This document shows positions 39,987 to 49,789 of a stretch of 64,000 nucleotides of DNA, one piece after another. The position numbers were made by a program, and so were the translations under genes. The stretch is from an uncultured bacterium (lineage in GTDB: Bacteria; CAYUVA01). How positions within the stretch are numbered: position 1 is the first letter of the stretch; the number at the start of each line of letters is the position of its first letter. The notes under the pieces are model-generated. The model had not been told where the DNA came from. It did no database searches and was given only the letters and a program-made list of their open reading frames with translations. Location: NCBI GenBank assembly GCA_964448115.1, contig CAYUVA010000010.1, positions 1-64,000 on the forward strand, written 5' to 3'.

Positions 39987-40954
39987 GCAGCCCTGAACTT
40001 TCTGTGGTGATTCCATTTTACAACGAGCAAATGAATGTTCCTATCCTTTATGAGCGACTACAGGCTGTGCTTGAGAACCTCCAAAAAAGCTATGAGATCA
40101 TCTTTGTCGATGATGGCAGTACAGATGGTACTGCTCAGGAACTCAAGCAGGTATTTGAGAAAGATCCCCAAATAAAGGTTATTAGATTGCGAAGGAATTT
40201 TGGGCAGACAGCCGCGCTTGCAGCCGGCATCGACCTGGCGCAAGGAGAATTCATAATCACCCTGGATGGAGACCTGCAACATGCGCCCGAGGAGATACCT
40301 CGACTGCTAGAGAAGGCATACCAAGGCTATGATATAGTATCCGGCTGGAGAGAAAAAAGAACCGATAACCTGCTGACCAGGCGCATACCCTCATGGGTAG
40401 CCAACCGCCTGATGGCAATATTGTCAGGGGTTAAGCTGCGCGACTTCGGAACAACCTTCAAGGTTTACCGCAAGGAGGTCATCAAGGAGATAGAGCTTTA
40501 CGGAGAGATGCATCGTTTCATACCTGCATTGGCGAGTTGGATGGGGGTTAGCATCTGCGAGGTTCCGATCTCTAACCCGCAAAGGGCGCATGGAAAGTCA
40601 AATTACAGCCTGAAACGTATCATCAATGTTCTGTTCGATCTCATTACGGTCAAGTTCCTGATCAGCTATGTAGGCAGACCCCTGCAATTTTTCGGAGTGC
40701 TGGGAGGCATATTTTTCACTATCGGCTTTATTATTGCGCTGGCAATTACCATAAAATTCTTCGCATCAGGCTCGCTTGGTTACGGAAATGTTATGTTCGC
40801 AGCAATGATGATGATCATGGGGGTGCAGTTTGTTGCTATCGGACTGACCGGCGAGATGAGCACTCGTATATATCACCGAACCAGCAATAGAAAGATTTAT
40901 GCGGTAAAAGAGACCCTGATGCACGAGGAAGAGGGCATCCGGGAGGGAGAATAG
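39983..40954 (+). CDS. GT2 polyprenol-phosphate glycosyltransferase (ArnC/DPM-like)
   Basis: VVIPFYNE, VDDGSTD, RNFGQTAA, DGDLQ, HRFIP, two C-terminal TMs; ATGA overlap with the carbamoyltransferase. Confidence 0.93.
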   Translation: MSSPELSVVIPFYNEQMNVPILYERLQAVLENLQKSYEIIFVDDGSTDGTAQELKQVFEKDPQIKVIRLRRNFGQTAALAAGIDLAQGEFIITLDGDLQHAPEEIPRLLEKAYQGYDIVSGWREKRTDNLLTRRIPSWVANRLMAILSGVKLRDFGTTFKVYRKEVIKEIELYGEMHRFIPALASWMGVSICEVPISNPQRAHGKSNYSLKRIINVLFDLITVKFLISYVGRPLQFFGVLGGIFFTIGFIIALAITIKFFASGSLGYGNVMFAAMMMIMGVQFVAIGLTGEMSTRIYHRTSNRKIYAVKETLMHEEEGIREGE

Positions 40955-40963
40955 CGCCCGATT

Positions 40964-42037
40964 TTAATCACCATCCTTAATGGGCATAAACTGCCTAAAG
41001 TAAGCTTTATCCACAGCTAGTTGATATGCATCTTGGGGGTGGATGCGCCGAGCATCCAATAGCTCCTTCAATGCTTGATCCAGGGTTTGATTACCCCTGG
41101 CTGCTTCGCTCGATTGCATGTATGAGTGTATCAGGTGGCTTTTAGACTCCCTGATGAGATTCGCCAATGCCGGCGAGCCGATAAGCAGCTCAACTACAGG
41201 TATGCGATTGAATCCATCGGTTGACTTCAGTAGGTGCTGGGATACCACGCCAGCCAAGGTTACAGATAACATGCTTCGTATCTGCTCCTGCTTTTTGGCT
41301 GGAAAGACATCGATAATGCGATCCACGGTCTGGGCGACATTATTCGTATGCAAAGTAGCCATAATAAGTATCCCCATCTCTGCGCCGGTCATTGCAAGTT
41401 CTATGGTCTCCAGATCCCTCAGCTCACCGACAAGAATCACATCAGGGGATTCTCGAAGGGCAGCCCGCAGCGCAGAAGCGAAGCTATTAGCATGGCTTCC
41501 TACCTCCCGCTGGGAGATGACGGAGCTTTTGTTCGTATGCACATACTCTATCGGATCCTCGATGGTTACGATATGACGCCTTGAGGTCTGATTTATGGCA
41601 TCGACAATGGCTGCCAAGGTGGCTGATTTCCCGCTGCCAGTCGGACCGGTAACCAACAGAAGCCCTTTGTCGATGCTAGCAAAATCCGCTAGCGCTCTTG
41701 GCAGATTCAGTTGTTCGATGGTGCGAATATGCTTTGGAATCAGCCTGAAGGAGCCAGCAACGCCAAGGCGCTGATGGTAGTAGTTAACCCTGAACCGACC
41801 CTGACCAGCTAGATGATAAGCAAAGTCCAACTCAAGCTCCTCCTCAAAGCGCTTAATCTGCTTATCGGTGAGAATCTCATATAGAAAATCGGTAGCCTCA
41901 CCGGGAGACAGCCTCCTGAAGTCAAGCGGCACCAGATCCCCCTGAACCCTGATAAACGGGGGCGAACCCGCGGAAATATGGAGATCAGATGCGTTATGTC
42001 TGCAAACTAAACCTAGAAATGTATCTATCAAAGCCAT
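40964..42037 (-). CDS. pilT: Type IV pilus retraction ATPase, PilT family
   Basis: ASDLH, GPTGSGKS, TIEDPIE, LRESPDVILVGELRD, TLHT, ALANLIRE. Confidence 0.9.
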   Translation of the reverse strand: MALIDTFLGLVCRHNASDLHISAGSPPFIRVQGDLVPLDFRRLSPGEATDFLYEILTDKQIKRFEEELELDFAYHLAGQGRFRVNYYHQRLGVAGSFRLIPKHIRTIEQLNLPRALADFASIDKGLLLVTGPTGSGKSATLAAIVDAINQTSRRHIVTIEDPIEYVHTNKSSVISQREVGSHANSFASALRAALRESPDVILVGELRDLETIELAMTGAEMGILIMATLHTNNVAQTVDRIIDVFPAKKQEQIRSMLSVTLAGVVSQHLLKSTDGFNRIPVVELLIGSPALANLIRESKSHLIHSYMQSSEAARGNQTLDQALKELLDARRIHPQDAYQLAVDKAYFRQFMPIKDGD

Positions 42038-42061
42038 AGTATTTCTATTATTCGCTCAGTA

Positions 42062-43225
42062 TTAATCACTTTTATTATCCACGAAATTACGGTTGAGATC
42101 TATTCCTTGGGTCAGCATATAAATCCTGATTATCTGCGAGCTTTGCATCGCATGGCTCAAGACCATAAGCTCATCGATATAGCAATTCAAGTACAAAGAC
42201 CCCTTCCGTGGATGCAAAGCAAGCTCAGTAGGTGAGAAATGCTCATCAGCCAATGAAACGTTAATACAATACAAGCCATCGAGGTACAATCGATATTCAT
42301 TCCCCTGTCGGGTCATGGCTGCGTTGTGCCAGTCATACATGGCTTGTCGGCTGCATCTTCTCGATCTTTTTTTAACATAGGTGTCCCAGCTAAGCGCCGC
42401 AGTAATATTCCCATCCTCATACCCAACCATACAGGTAAGTGTCCTGTTATCATCGGGCTGAGCAAGGTGGAACAGGCATCCCCGCAATTGATCGCCTTCG
42501 ATAGGCAATGGCTTGAACCAAAGCGCGATCGTGCCCCACTCATCCTTTATCCCTGGAGCATAAGACAATCTATCGTCTCCCTCGCCCAGGTAAGGTAGGT
42601 CTTGCCTGCTGCACACTAGCTGCAATCCATCGAACCATAGCTTGCCCTTATTCCCCTGGTCAGCAACGATGCGAAGCCTTATCTTATCGACACCAGGTCC
42701 CGTTTTAGCGGTTGCCGCCACCCGCACCCATTCCCTGGCATAGCTCGGCGGGTAGGCATGAATATCACCCGGCATATCACCCAGGTCGATATAGTAGGTT
42801 GTAAAAGGATAAAAACCATTCTTCAGGTAGCCGGAGACCGTGTACCAACTGTCGGGTTTCACATCGATCGGCTCTGAGATTACTGCATCTGCTCGCCCCA
42901 ACCAGGTATGGTATCCAGCGTTGAGATCGAACAATGCCCCAGTAGATGCAATCTTTAGTTTCTCCCAGCCACTCGTTGTCTCGAAAGATGGATTTGGCGC
43001 CAGGTTCAGACCCTGCTCGATGATCGCACAGCCGCCCATAAAGCCGAGATCGCAAAGGGTCGTATTTTTATGCTCTATAAGCGAACCTACCTGCGCCTCA
43101 ATGCCCCTGTCAAAGCTGGAGTAAAGCAGAACATGATTGAGATCGACATGCTTGCAGGTCAGAGCATGGCAAAAGGTGCTTATGCCAAGGAGCATCAATG
43201 GAGATATTACCTGCAAGTACCTCAT
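42062..43225 (-). CDS. Secreted CBM4/9-like plus LamG-like jelly-roll protein
   Basis: Signal peptide; NLAPNPSFE..W, YTVSGYLK, WFDGLQL; GTIALWFKP, WH, LYLDG, IDEL. Confidence 0.65.
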   Translation of the reverse strand: MRYLQVISPLMLLGISTFCHALTCKHVDLNHVLLYSSFDRGIEAQVGSLIEHKNTTLCDLGFMGGCAIIEQGLNLAPNPSFETTSGWEKLKIASTGALFDLNAGYHTWLGRADAVISEPIDVKPDSWYTVSGYLKNGFYPFTTYYIDLGDMPGDIHAYPPSYAREWVRVAATAKTGPGVDKIRLRIVADQGNKGKLWFDGLQLVCSRQDLPYLGEGDDRLSYAPGIKDEWGTIALWFKPLPIEGDQLRGCLFHLAQPDDNRTLTCMVGYEDGNITAALSWDTYVKKRSRRCSRQAMYDWHNAAMTRQGNEYRLYLDGLYCINVSLADEHFSPTELALHPRKGSLYLNCYIDELMVLSHAMQSSQIIRIYMLTQGIDLNRNFVDNKSD

Positions 43226-43306
43226 ATCATCCTCGTTTTACCATCCAGGTTCCCACAAGGTCGGGATGTCAAGTTATCAACCAGCCACTGCTGATAGGGC
43301 AACCAT

Positions 43307-44359
43307 CTAATCGATACCCAAGACTCTACATCCATCGCTGGTAACTGTAACCAGATCTTCTATCCTGACGCCCCATCTGCCGGGGAAGTAAATTCCAGGT
43401 TCAATGGAAAAGACCATTCCCTCAACCAACTCGGTCTCGGAGTGAGGGCTTAGTCTCGGCGAGTAGTCGTGCACTTCCATTCCCACGCTATGCCCGGTGC
43501 CGTGTCCGAACAGCTCGCCATAGCCTGCATCGTTAATAATATCACGCGCCACCTTGTCAACATCCTTTGCCAGCATACCGGGCTTGATCGACCTGGTGGC
43601 TTCCTGCTTGGCATGTTCAACCAGTTGGTATATCTCATGATAGCGCTCTGGTGGCTCTCCGAGGCTTATGGTTCGCGTGTTGTCCGAGCAATACTGCTTT
43701 AGCACACAACCGAAGTCGCAGACCACCACATCATTCTCATTGATTGTCTTCGAGCTTGCCATGCCATGGGGCAGCGCGCCGCGGTGTCCGCTGGCGATTA
43801 TGGTCTCAAAGGCTCTGCCAGAGGCGCCCATCTTGCGGATGCGATACTCGTACTCGGCAGCGACCTCGTATTCCTTGATGCCCGGCTTAATATATTTTCT
43901 TGTTTCCTGGAACGCCTTTAATGAAAGCCTGATCGCTGCATCTATTCTAGCTATCTCCAAGGGGGACTTGATGGAGCGTAGTTTTTCAATACAGCCCTTT
44001 ACGGGGACTAATCTTCGCTCCGAAAAAAGGTTGGTTAGCTCAAGGTACTGGTTAAAGGGCAGCGTATCCATCTCGAAGCCAAGCCTTCTGATATCCAACC
44101 GCTGGCGATGTTGTTCCAGGGTTGCTGATAAGGACTGCTTTAACTCGATCACCTCGCAATCCTTGATCTCATTGCGCGCATCGGTGATGTGCGTGAAATC
44201 GGTAATGAAGAATACTTCCTTCTCCTTGATCACCATGTACGCGCTGATGCCGGTAAAACCGGTCAGGTATCGTATATTGATAAGATTGGTAACTAAAAAG
44301 GAGTCAACCCGCTCTTGCTGCATCCTTTTTACTATCTTCTCGTGCTTGCTTGTTTCCAT
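43307..44359 (-). CDS. Xaa-Pro aminopeptidase (M24B)
   Basis: NIRYLTGF, LRSIKS, LPHG, DFG..Y.SDNTRT, HGTGHSVG..VHD, EPGIY, GVRIED. Confidence 0.95.
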   Translation of the reverse strand: METSKHEKIVKRMQQERVDSFLVTNLINIRYLTGFTGISAYMVIKEKEVFFITDFTHITDARNEIKDCEVIELKQSLSATLEQHRQRLDIRRLGFEMDTLPFNQYLELTNLFSERRLVPVKGCIEKLRSIKSPLEIARIDAAIRLSLKAFQETRKYIKPGIKEYEVAAEYEYRIRKMGASGRAFETIIASGHRGALPHGMASSKTINENDVVVCDFGCVLKQYCSDNTRTISLGEPPERYHEIYQLVEHAKQEATRSIKPGMLAKDVDKVARDIINDAGYGELFGHGTGHSVGMEVHDYSPRLSPHSETELVEGMVFSIEPGIYFPGRWGVRIEDLVTVTSDGCRVLGID

Positions 44360-44364
44360 AATGG

Positions 44365-44805
44365 CTATTCCTCCTTGAGTAACTGTATCATTGCCTCTAA
44401 TGCCAAGTAGTAGCTCTGTTCCCTGAATCCGCTTATGACCCCATAAGCAAGTGGCGATAAAAGTGAAAACGAGCGGAAGTCCTCCCTGCCGAAGATGTTG
44501 CTCAAATGCACCTCGATAGTCGGCAACCCCGCATCGGCGATCGCATCAGCGATAGCGATGCTCGTGTGCGAATAGGCACCGGCATTGATGATGATGCCAT
44601 CGACCTTGTCGGCTATCTGCTGGATATAGTCGATCAGCGAGCCTTCGGAGTTACTCTGGAAGGAGACGATCTCAAAGCCTTTTTTATTGGCTATACTGGA
44701 GCACTCGTCAATAATGGCTTCAAGTTTAATATCTCCATAAATGGCGGTATTTCGCTTTCCTAATATGTTCAGGTTGGGACCGTTTATGATGGCTATTTTT
44801 TTCAT
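44365..44805 (-). CDS. aroQ: Type II 3-dehydroquinate dehydratase
   Basis: NGPNLNILG.R...YG, QSNSEG, INAGAYSHTS, EVHLSN...RE.FR. Confidence 0.97.
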   Translation of the reverse strand: MKKIAIINGPNLNILGKRNTAIYGDIKLEAIIDECSSIANKKGFEIVSFQSNSEGSLIDYIQQIADKVDGIIINAGAYSHTSIAIADAIADAGLPTIEVHLSNIFGREDFRSFSLLSPLAYGVISGFREQSYYLALEAMIQLLKEE

Positions 44806-44833
44806 AATTGATTCCTTTCATGGCAATATTATC

Positions 44834-44857
44834 ACGCAAGGACGCAGAGACGCAAAG
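44834..44857. repeat. Octamer tandem repeat x3 (reverse orientation)
   Basis: ACGCAAGG ACGCAGAG ACGCAAAG; reverse complement of CTTTGCGT-type units. Confidence 0.55.
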
Positions 44858-44966
44858 AGAAAAGGAGTGTTATGAATAAGGTTTGAAAATTGGCTTTTTT
44901 ATGCTTGTCATTAAGCCACTATTGTTGTAAGCATACCAGGGATTAACCTTCAAGCGGGAGTTGGGA

Positions 44967-46241
44967 ATGGATTCGAGACTCGTAACTTCAGTGTTGATAT
45001 GTATGCTGTTTGTTCTATTCTTCATGCCGAACACCGCACAGGCAGGCGGTTTCGCAACCATCGACAACGGAACCCTTCGCATAGGAATGAAGGCTGTAGT
45101 CGGTCAAAGTGGGGATCTCTCCTCTATATTCTCCAATCCGGGGGCAATAACCGAGCTGAAGGGAACCAGGTTCTATTTCTCCTTTTACCCTACACAGATC
45201 GTTGCAAAGTTCAGGATGTGGGATCCAGAGACCCAAACCTACTCGCAAACCTTCAGACCTACTAAATCTGTGGGTGCGGTCCCCTACATAGCGGTTAGCT
45301 CAGATCTCGGCTTGAAGAAGTGGGTCTTCGGCTTAGCATTATACTTTCCCAATATTTCAGCAGCAGCACTTCCGGAGGATGCGCCGACCAAGTACCATGG
45401 AGTAGAGTCCTATTTCATCAACTGGTACCTGACCCCGGTAGCTTCTTACCGGTTGCACCCAAAGATATCGCTCGGATTCGGGATCAGCCATATATACGCT
45501 ATCCAGTATATGCGAACAAGGGTAGATTTGTATGAGTTAATAGGAGTCGAGGGGGATGGAGAGATCGAAGCCTGGCCAGAGGACGGCGGGTATGTATGGA
45601 ACGGTGGAATCCTTTTCGGTCCCTTCGGTGGATTGCGAATCGGTATGAGCTACCTGAGTCGAGAGATACTCTATATGGAAGGCGAACTAAAAGCCAGGTC
45701 CCTAATCCCGGAGCTTCCCTTGAAGGCTGAAGGAACCTACAAAGAGGAAAAACCGATCCCAGAGAGCTTCCGCATGGGGGTGAACTACATCATAGATCCG
45801 CGCTGGGATGTGGGAGTTGACTGGACGCTGTGGACCTTCAATATCATCAAGACAACCGTTGCCTACATCGATGGCGAGTGGCCGCTTAACATGGTAGAGC
45901 CTATGGTAAAAAAGAAAAACTATGGCAACTCATGGAACATAGCCATTGGCGCTAGGTATGCCATTAGCGACACCTGGCGTTGGATGTGGGGTATCGACAT
46001 CGATCATTCACCTATCCCGGACAAGACTTTCAGCGTGGATAATCCAACCTCATCGTTCTGGGGAGTTGCAACCGGAACATTGATTGAACTATCGGAAAAC
46101 TGGACATTCGGCACCAGCTACTCCATCCAGTGGCAAAAGGAGCGTGATATCAAAGACAGCATTACCGAGCCGCCCACCAATGTCCAGACCAAGGTATATA
46201 ACCACAAGCTCGCTTTCTCATTCAGTTACCACACCAGGTGA
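44967..46241 (+). CDS. OmpP1/FadL-family outer-membrane transporter
   Basis: Signal peptide ending AQA-GGF, hatch motif D.SSIFSNPGA (NPA-like), P.SFRMG, C-terminal FSFSY strand. Confidence 0.85.
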   Translation: MDSRLVTSVLICMLFVLFFMPNTAQAGGFATIDNGTLRIGMKAVVGQSGDLSSIFSNPGAITELKGTRFYFSFYPTQIVAKFRMWDPETQTYSQTFRPTKSVGAVPYIAVSSDLGLKKWVFGLALYFPNISAAALPEDAPTKYHGVESYFINWYLTPVASYRLHPKISLGFGISHIYAIQYMRTRVDLYELIGVEGDGEIEAWPEDGGYVWNGGILFGPFGGLRIGMSYLSREILYMEGELKARSLIPELPLKAEGTYKEEKPIPESFRMGVNYIIDPRWDVGVDWTLWTFNIIKTTVAYIDGEWPLNMVEPMVKKKNYGNSWNIAIGARYAISDTWRWMWGIDIDHSPIPDKTFSVDNPTSSFWGVATGTLIELSENWTFGTSYSIQWQKERDIKDSITEPPTNVQTKVYNHKLAFSFSYHTR

Positions 46242-48973
46242 ACACCTTCGATAAAAGGAACTCTGTATCTTAAAGTCTCATAGTCGAGATGATGGTTGAC
46301 TAGCTCGATGGATAGACGATGCACCCCAGGAGCGATCTCAGCTTTAACATGATAAGGTTGCATCTTATCTGACTGGATCTGTATTTCACCTACCTTCATT
46401 CCATCGATCAAGAGGTTCAGCCGAGGATACTCGCCGTGAACCTCTATTCCACCGGCATCTATGGTGAACCTGACCGGCCATCCCCTATTCTCAATAAGCG
46501 CCGAGACCTCTGAATTGGCGAATATGTAGATGAAATCCCGCACTGCGAAGGAAAACTCCCCCTTGAGCTTACTTGCCGGGATATGATCGCTAAAGACAGG
46601 TACATTCTTAGCACGGCTTGCTTGAATATTCCCTGGTTTGTGCGATAAAAACTCGATAAAATCCACTACCACTGCTGAAGGTTGGATGAGCGGAATATCG
46701 CAGATCTGTGATACAACTGCAATAGTCAATTCTTTGGACCTGCGCTTGTCCAAGCTACCATGCCCAGGAAGCTCGAAGTAATAGGCATTCCAATCCTCAT
46801 CGACAATGGTAGCCCTTCCAATCTCCACATCATCCAGCTTAACTGAGATTATTGGTTGAGCGAGAGGATCGCCTGTCTTCAAGGCATTGATGGCTAGCCA
46901 CCTTTTGTTAACAGCTATTGAAGCATCGATGGACACGACCTCCCCATCAGTGATCTCCCATCCACAAGGGGGAAGCGGCTCCATGAAGGAGGCATACAAC
47001 TGTCCCTGCCGGGGAGCTATAAAATTTACCAACTCGGAAGGAGAAAGCCTGGGATATTTTCTGGCAACATAGTTGAATGCACGGGCTATGACCTGGTTGT
47101 CCGGCTCCCTGCGCAGCCGCATAGCAAGGCTTGGTGGATACAACCTCCCCGCTGATTTGCCTGGGGCGAGTCGATGTTCAAGTTCGATATACGATGAAGG
47201 GAACGCCTTGCCATATAGGGATAATCCACATACGGACACGATGAGCAGTGATATTGCCAGCGGAGGGATAAGATACCAGGGAAAAATTCTTCCAGAGCGC
47301 CTGGAAAATAATATGAGCACGATGATCAGTACGAGAAACCCGATGAATACAGCGCTTGAAATACATTCTCCTGGCTTAGGATTGCATAGCGATACGAAAA
47401 AGCGCGCCAGATCGAAGCCTAGATGTTCAGACAAAAGCTCCAGAAATTTAGCTCGCCCATCAGCGACCGGAAATCTTAAGCCTGGAAATAATATGAAGAA
47501 AAAGGTGATGACACAGGTTAAAATGCATCCCAATCCCAGTAATAACCGCGATACCAGGTCTTTGCTCGTGGCTATGAAATATCCAAGCGGTAAAGACAGC
47601 AAGGGCAACAGGTGGGCGATGAATCTGCCCGGCGGATTATAGCCTCCATACCATATCCAACCGCGACCCATCAAAACCAGGCATAGCACACCGAAAAATG
47701 TGGCTGCTATGATTGAACCTGCCCGGTGTTTGATTTTTATTAGAAAAAATAAGCCGATGAAGGCAAAAATATATATGGGGGATACTATGAACAGCCCGAA
47801 CTCCTGGTCAACGAAGCTGCCCATCAGCCCGACGATGAAGTTAATATTAGGTAAGAACATCCTGCTCAATGCTGGAGATGACAGGTATTTCCCGACAAAA
47901 AATGCTCCTTTGAAGATGATCATATCGAGCAAAACATAAGCGACTGCAAGGATTATCGCCAATAAAAAGCCCCTCGATGTCGCTCTTTTAGCTCTGCGAT
48001 TGAAAACCAGAAAGATCAAAAGCACAATAAAAGCGGTTATAGCAAAGCGCATGCGAAGCAAAACCAATCCGATGAAGGCAAGCGGCATCCAAAGGTAACT
48101 GAACCTCGCATTGCTCGTGATTAGTAAAAGGGCGATGATGGTGATCAGGGCTGCTGCAACCTCCGGGAATACATGGCTTGAGTATATGGATAAAGGAGCA
48201 AAGCAAAATACTAGTACCACTGCTATCTTGGCTTTGATACCAGCTACTGGAAGGCGTGATAACCAATACAAGGCTATACACCCAGCAAGGGCGGTGATTA
48301 TATTGAGTAGCAACACAACGCCAAACCTGCCCCAGAATAGGTATCCTGGAAGGATTAACAGCGTAAAGCCGAGACGCTTGAAGATGGAGGTTGTAAAAAT
48401 GCCCCCAGATACCTCGTAATTATACAGAAAATCCCTGTAATCACGATTCTCTATATTATTTCTCAGGTCAAGGTCTCCATCGTGAATGAGCGAATGTGCG
48501 TTGATAAGGTAAATCGGCTCATCGCCATCGGTGCTTACAGAGGCTGAGGTATATGCCCCGATGAGCGCATAGTAGGTGAATAGGGTGATGAACAGTAAGA
48601 TAATTTCCTTTCTGCCCGTGGCAGCATCTTGGAAAAATCTACCCAGTCCCTGAGACAAAAAGACCAATATGAAAACCAGAACCCAGAACCTCCATAAGCC
48701 TGGCAGCGAATCGATGAATCTATGGTAACTGCATAAAAAAGCTGGTAGCAAGGGTAGAGCTAAAATGATGCAAGAAGACCTTTTTTCGAATAAAAAAGAC
48801 CATAATATGAAAGATAAAAAACCGATTACAACAGCAAACACCAATACCCATTGATCGAAGTGCTCGCCTTGCGGGATGTAACCGAGGACGAAGATGAGCA
48901 AAAAAAGGACCAGGATGCAACCGGTTGATATCAGGCTTCTCGATTTAATCCACATCCTTAATGATGATATCAT
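46226..48973 (-). CDS. Large GT-C-like membrane glycosyltransferase with C-terminal beta-sandwich domains
   Basis: DGDEP.Y...AHSL..DGDLDL.N, FPE, GLFIVSP, W.WYGGY..PGRF. Confidence 0.7.
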   Translation of the reverse strand: MISSLRMWIKSRSLISTGCILVLFLLIFVLGYIPQGEHFDQWVLVFAVVIGFLSFILWSFLFEKRSSCIILALPLLPAFLCSYHRFIDSLPGLWRFWVLVFILVFLSQGLGRFFQDAATGRKEIILLFITLFTYYALIGAYTSASVSTDGDEPIYLINAHSLIHDGDLDLRNNIENRDYRDFLYNYEVSGGIFTTSIFKRLGFTLLILPGYLFWGRFGVVLLLNIITALAGCIALYWLSRLPVAGIKAKIAVVLVFCFAPLSIYSSHVFPEVAAALITIIALLLITSNARFSYLWMPLAFIGLVLLRMRFAITAFIVLLIFLVFNRRAKRATSRGFLLAIILAVAYVLLDMIIFKGAFFVGKYLSSPALSRMFLPNINFIVGLMGSFVDQEFGLFIVSPIYIFAFIGLFFLIKIKHRAGSIIAATFFGVLCLVLMGRGWIWYGGYNPPGRFIAHLLPLLSLPLGYFIATSKDLVSRLLLGLGCILTCVITFFFILFPGLRFPVADGRAKFLELLSEHLGFDLARFFVSLCNPKPGECISSAVFIGFLVLIIVLILFSRRSGRIFPWYLIPPLAISLLIVSVCGLSLYGKAFPSSYIELEHRLAPGKSAGRLYPPSLAMRLRREPDNQVIARAFNYVARKYPRLSPSELVNFIAPRQGQLYASFMEPLPPCGWEITDGEVVSIDASIAVNKRWLAINALKTGDPLAQPIISVKLDDVEIGRATIVDEDWNAYYFELPGHGSLDKRRSKELTIAVVSQICDIPLIQPSAVVVDFIEFLSHKPGNIQASRAKNVPVFSDHIPASKLKGEFSFAVRDFIYIFANSEVSALIENRGWPVRFTIDAGGIEVHGEYPRLNLLIDGMKVGEIQIQSDKMQPYHVKAEIAPGVHRLSIELVNHHLDYETLRYRVPFIEGVHLVW

Positions 48974-49015
48974 ATAAGCTCACTTTTGTTGATCATACTA
49001 GCCGTGAGGTTACAA

Positions 49016-49768
49016 ATGGAAGCGCAAGATACACGGGGCTACGCTCGCGCATTCGTATTCGGCGCCACAGGTTACAGCGGACAGGCAGTGGTGGAGCGGC
49101 TATTGGAGCTTGGGGTAGAAACGATTGCTCATGTAAGGCATGACTCGCCGAAGCTGGATGCCTGGAAGGATTATTTCAAAAGCAAAGGCGCTATTGTGGA
49201 TGCCACCCCCTGGCAGATAGAATCCATGAGCGAGACGCTAGGCTCTTTTGCACCAAAGGCTATGTTCTGCCTGATCGGAACCACCAGCGCCAGGCGCAGA
49301 CAATTAAAGAGGTTAGGCAAAGATCCACGGTCTGCATCCTACGAGGCGGTCGATTTCGGTTTGACCGATCTATTAGTGAAGGCGGCAGTTGCCTCCCAAG
49401 TGGAACCAAGATTTGTCTATCTGTCCGCAGTCGGTACCGGACCCAAGGCGCTTACCGCATACATGAAAGCTCGCTATAAGGCTGAGATGGCTATCATCAA
49501 CAGCGGATTACCATATACCATAATCCGTCCTTCATTCATAGCTGGCAAGGATAGAGAGGGTAGGCGCTCGGAATACCTATTTGCACAGGCGGTGGATAAA
49601 ATGCTAATCATCCCAGCCCGGCTCGGAGCATCGAACCTGGTGGCCAAATACGCATCAGTAGATGGTAAGACGCTTGCAAAAGCGCTGGTTAAGGCTGCAT
49701 TTTCTCCTGAATATGTTGATAAAATACTTCAAGGAACCGAACTTAGGAGCTTATATGAGATAGAGTAA
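49016..49768 (+). CDS. NAD(P)H-binding oxidoreductase (atypical SDR, TIP30/YraR-like)
   Basis: VFGATGYSG, CLIGTT, VDF, FVYLSAVG, Y...RYKAE, IIRPS; SD GAGGT before ATG 49016. Confidence 0.85.
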   Translation: MEAQDTRGYARAFVFGATGYSGQAVVERLLELGVETIAHVRHDSPKLDAWKDYFKSKGAIVDATPWQIESMSETLGSFAPKAMFCLIGTTSARRRQLKRLGKDPRSASYEAVDFGLTDLLVKAAVASQVEPRFVYLSAVGTGPKALTAYMKARYKAEMAIINSGLPYTIIRPSFIAGKDREGRRSEYLFAQAVDKMLIIPARLGASNLVAKYASVDGKTLAKALVKAAFSPEYVDKILQGTELRSLYEIE

Positions 49769-49789
49769 TACTCTCATTTTTATAAAGAA

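Noticed and set aside
42062-43225. CBM/LamG protein as a phage tail remnant
   Set aside because: It has a signal peptide and no phage genes nearby.
43668-44378. Long antisense ORFs (also 2453..3139, 47073..47642, 50034..50555, 63014..63661)
   Set aside because: Shadows of well-supported genes on the opposite strand, with no motifs of their own.
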